A DNA stretch of 64,000 bases, taken from the NCBI RefSeq assembly GCF_006345805.1, contig NC_043012.1:48050001-48114000 (forward strand). Direction: 5' to 3'. Shown here piece by piece: positions 63,551 through 64,000 of the stretch. This stretch comes from Octopus sinensis (lineage: Eukaryota). A program made the position numbers and the translations under genes. The notes under the pieces are model-generated. The model saw only the letters and a list, made by a program, of their open reading frames with translations. It searched no databases and had not been told where the DNA came from. Position 1 is the stretch's first letter; the number at the start of each line of letters is the position of its first letter.

Positions 63551-64000
63551 AGTCTCAGTTGCATTCGTAAAATACAAAGATGTGTGTTAGTGGGTGGTGG
63601 AACAATAAATATTAGTCGATATACCAGACATTAAAAGAACGAAAACTAATACAAAGAAAAAGAAAAATAACGAAGAAGAAGAAAGAGAAAAAAAACGGCA
63701 ACTACAACATTATTAGCTGCGGCCAGAAGATGGGTCATATTCACCACCGTATGCCCACCTCTGCCGTCGACATTGTTTTCAACATTGTGTCAGTTGTATC
63801 AGCAATATCAACAACAACAATATCAAACGCATTTGGTGCAAATCCACTTGTTATGTCTGTCAGACATGAAACATTAAAGACAGCTGTGCTCGTGGCATTT
63901 ATTCACTGTCCTCTTCCTCAACATTATCAGCATCATCACCACCACCACCAACAACAACAAAAACAGCAACAACAATCAACAGTATATTAGTAATAACAAT

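Overview
AT-rich eukaryotic (metazoan) non-coding DNA saturated with microsatellites ((TA)n, (CA)n, (TATG)n, (TAGA)n, (GAT)n, (ATT)n, (TAGG)n). The abundant tRNA-derived SINE families and repeat load look like an octopus/cephalopod genome (inference, not verified by search). No complete protein-coding gene is visible, and most ORFs in the supplied track are translations of microsatellites. Supportable content: about 20 SINE copies from 5 families; decayed LINE fragments (RTE x2, CR1-like x2, R4/Dong-like x2); two copies of a mariner derivative built from two inverted 5' ends; several MITE/fold-back elements; a decayed rDNA fragment (18S 3' end-ITS1-5.8S); and a GC-rich insert with a 10-bp target-site duplication nested in an older inverted-repeat element. 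Three unrelated repeat termini carry hammerhead-ribozyme-like cores (CUGANGA...GAAA) typical of Penelope-like elements, one of them duplicated as a 1-kb inverted repeat. A few isolated splice-flanked open segments may be exons of long-intron host genes (low confidence). All alignments were done by eye.
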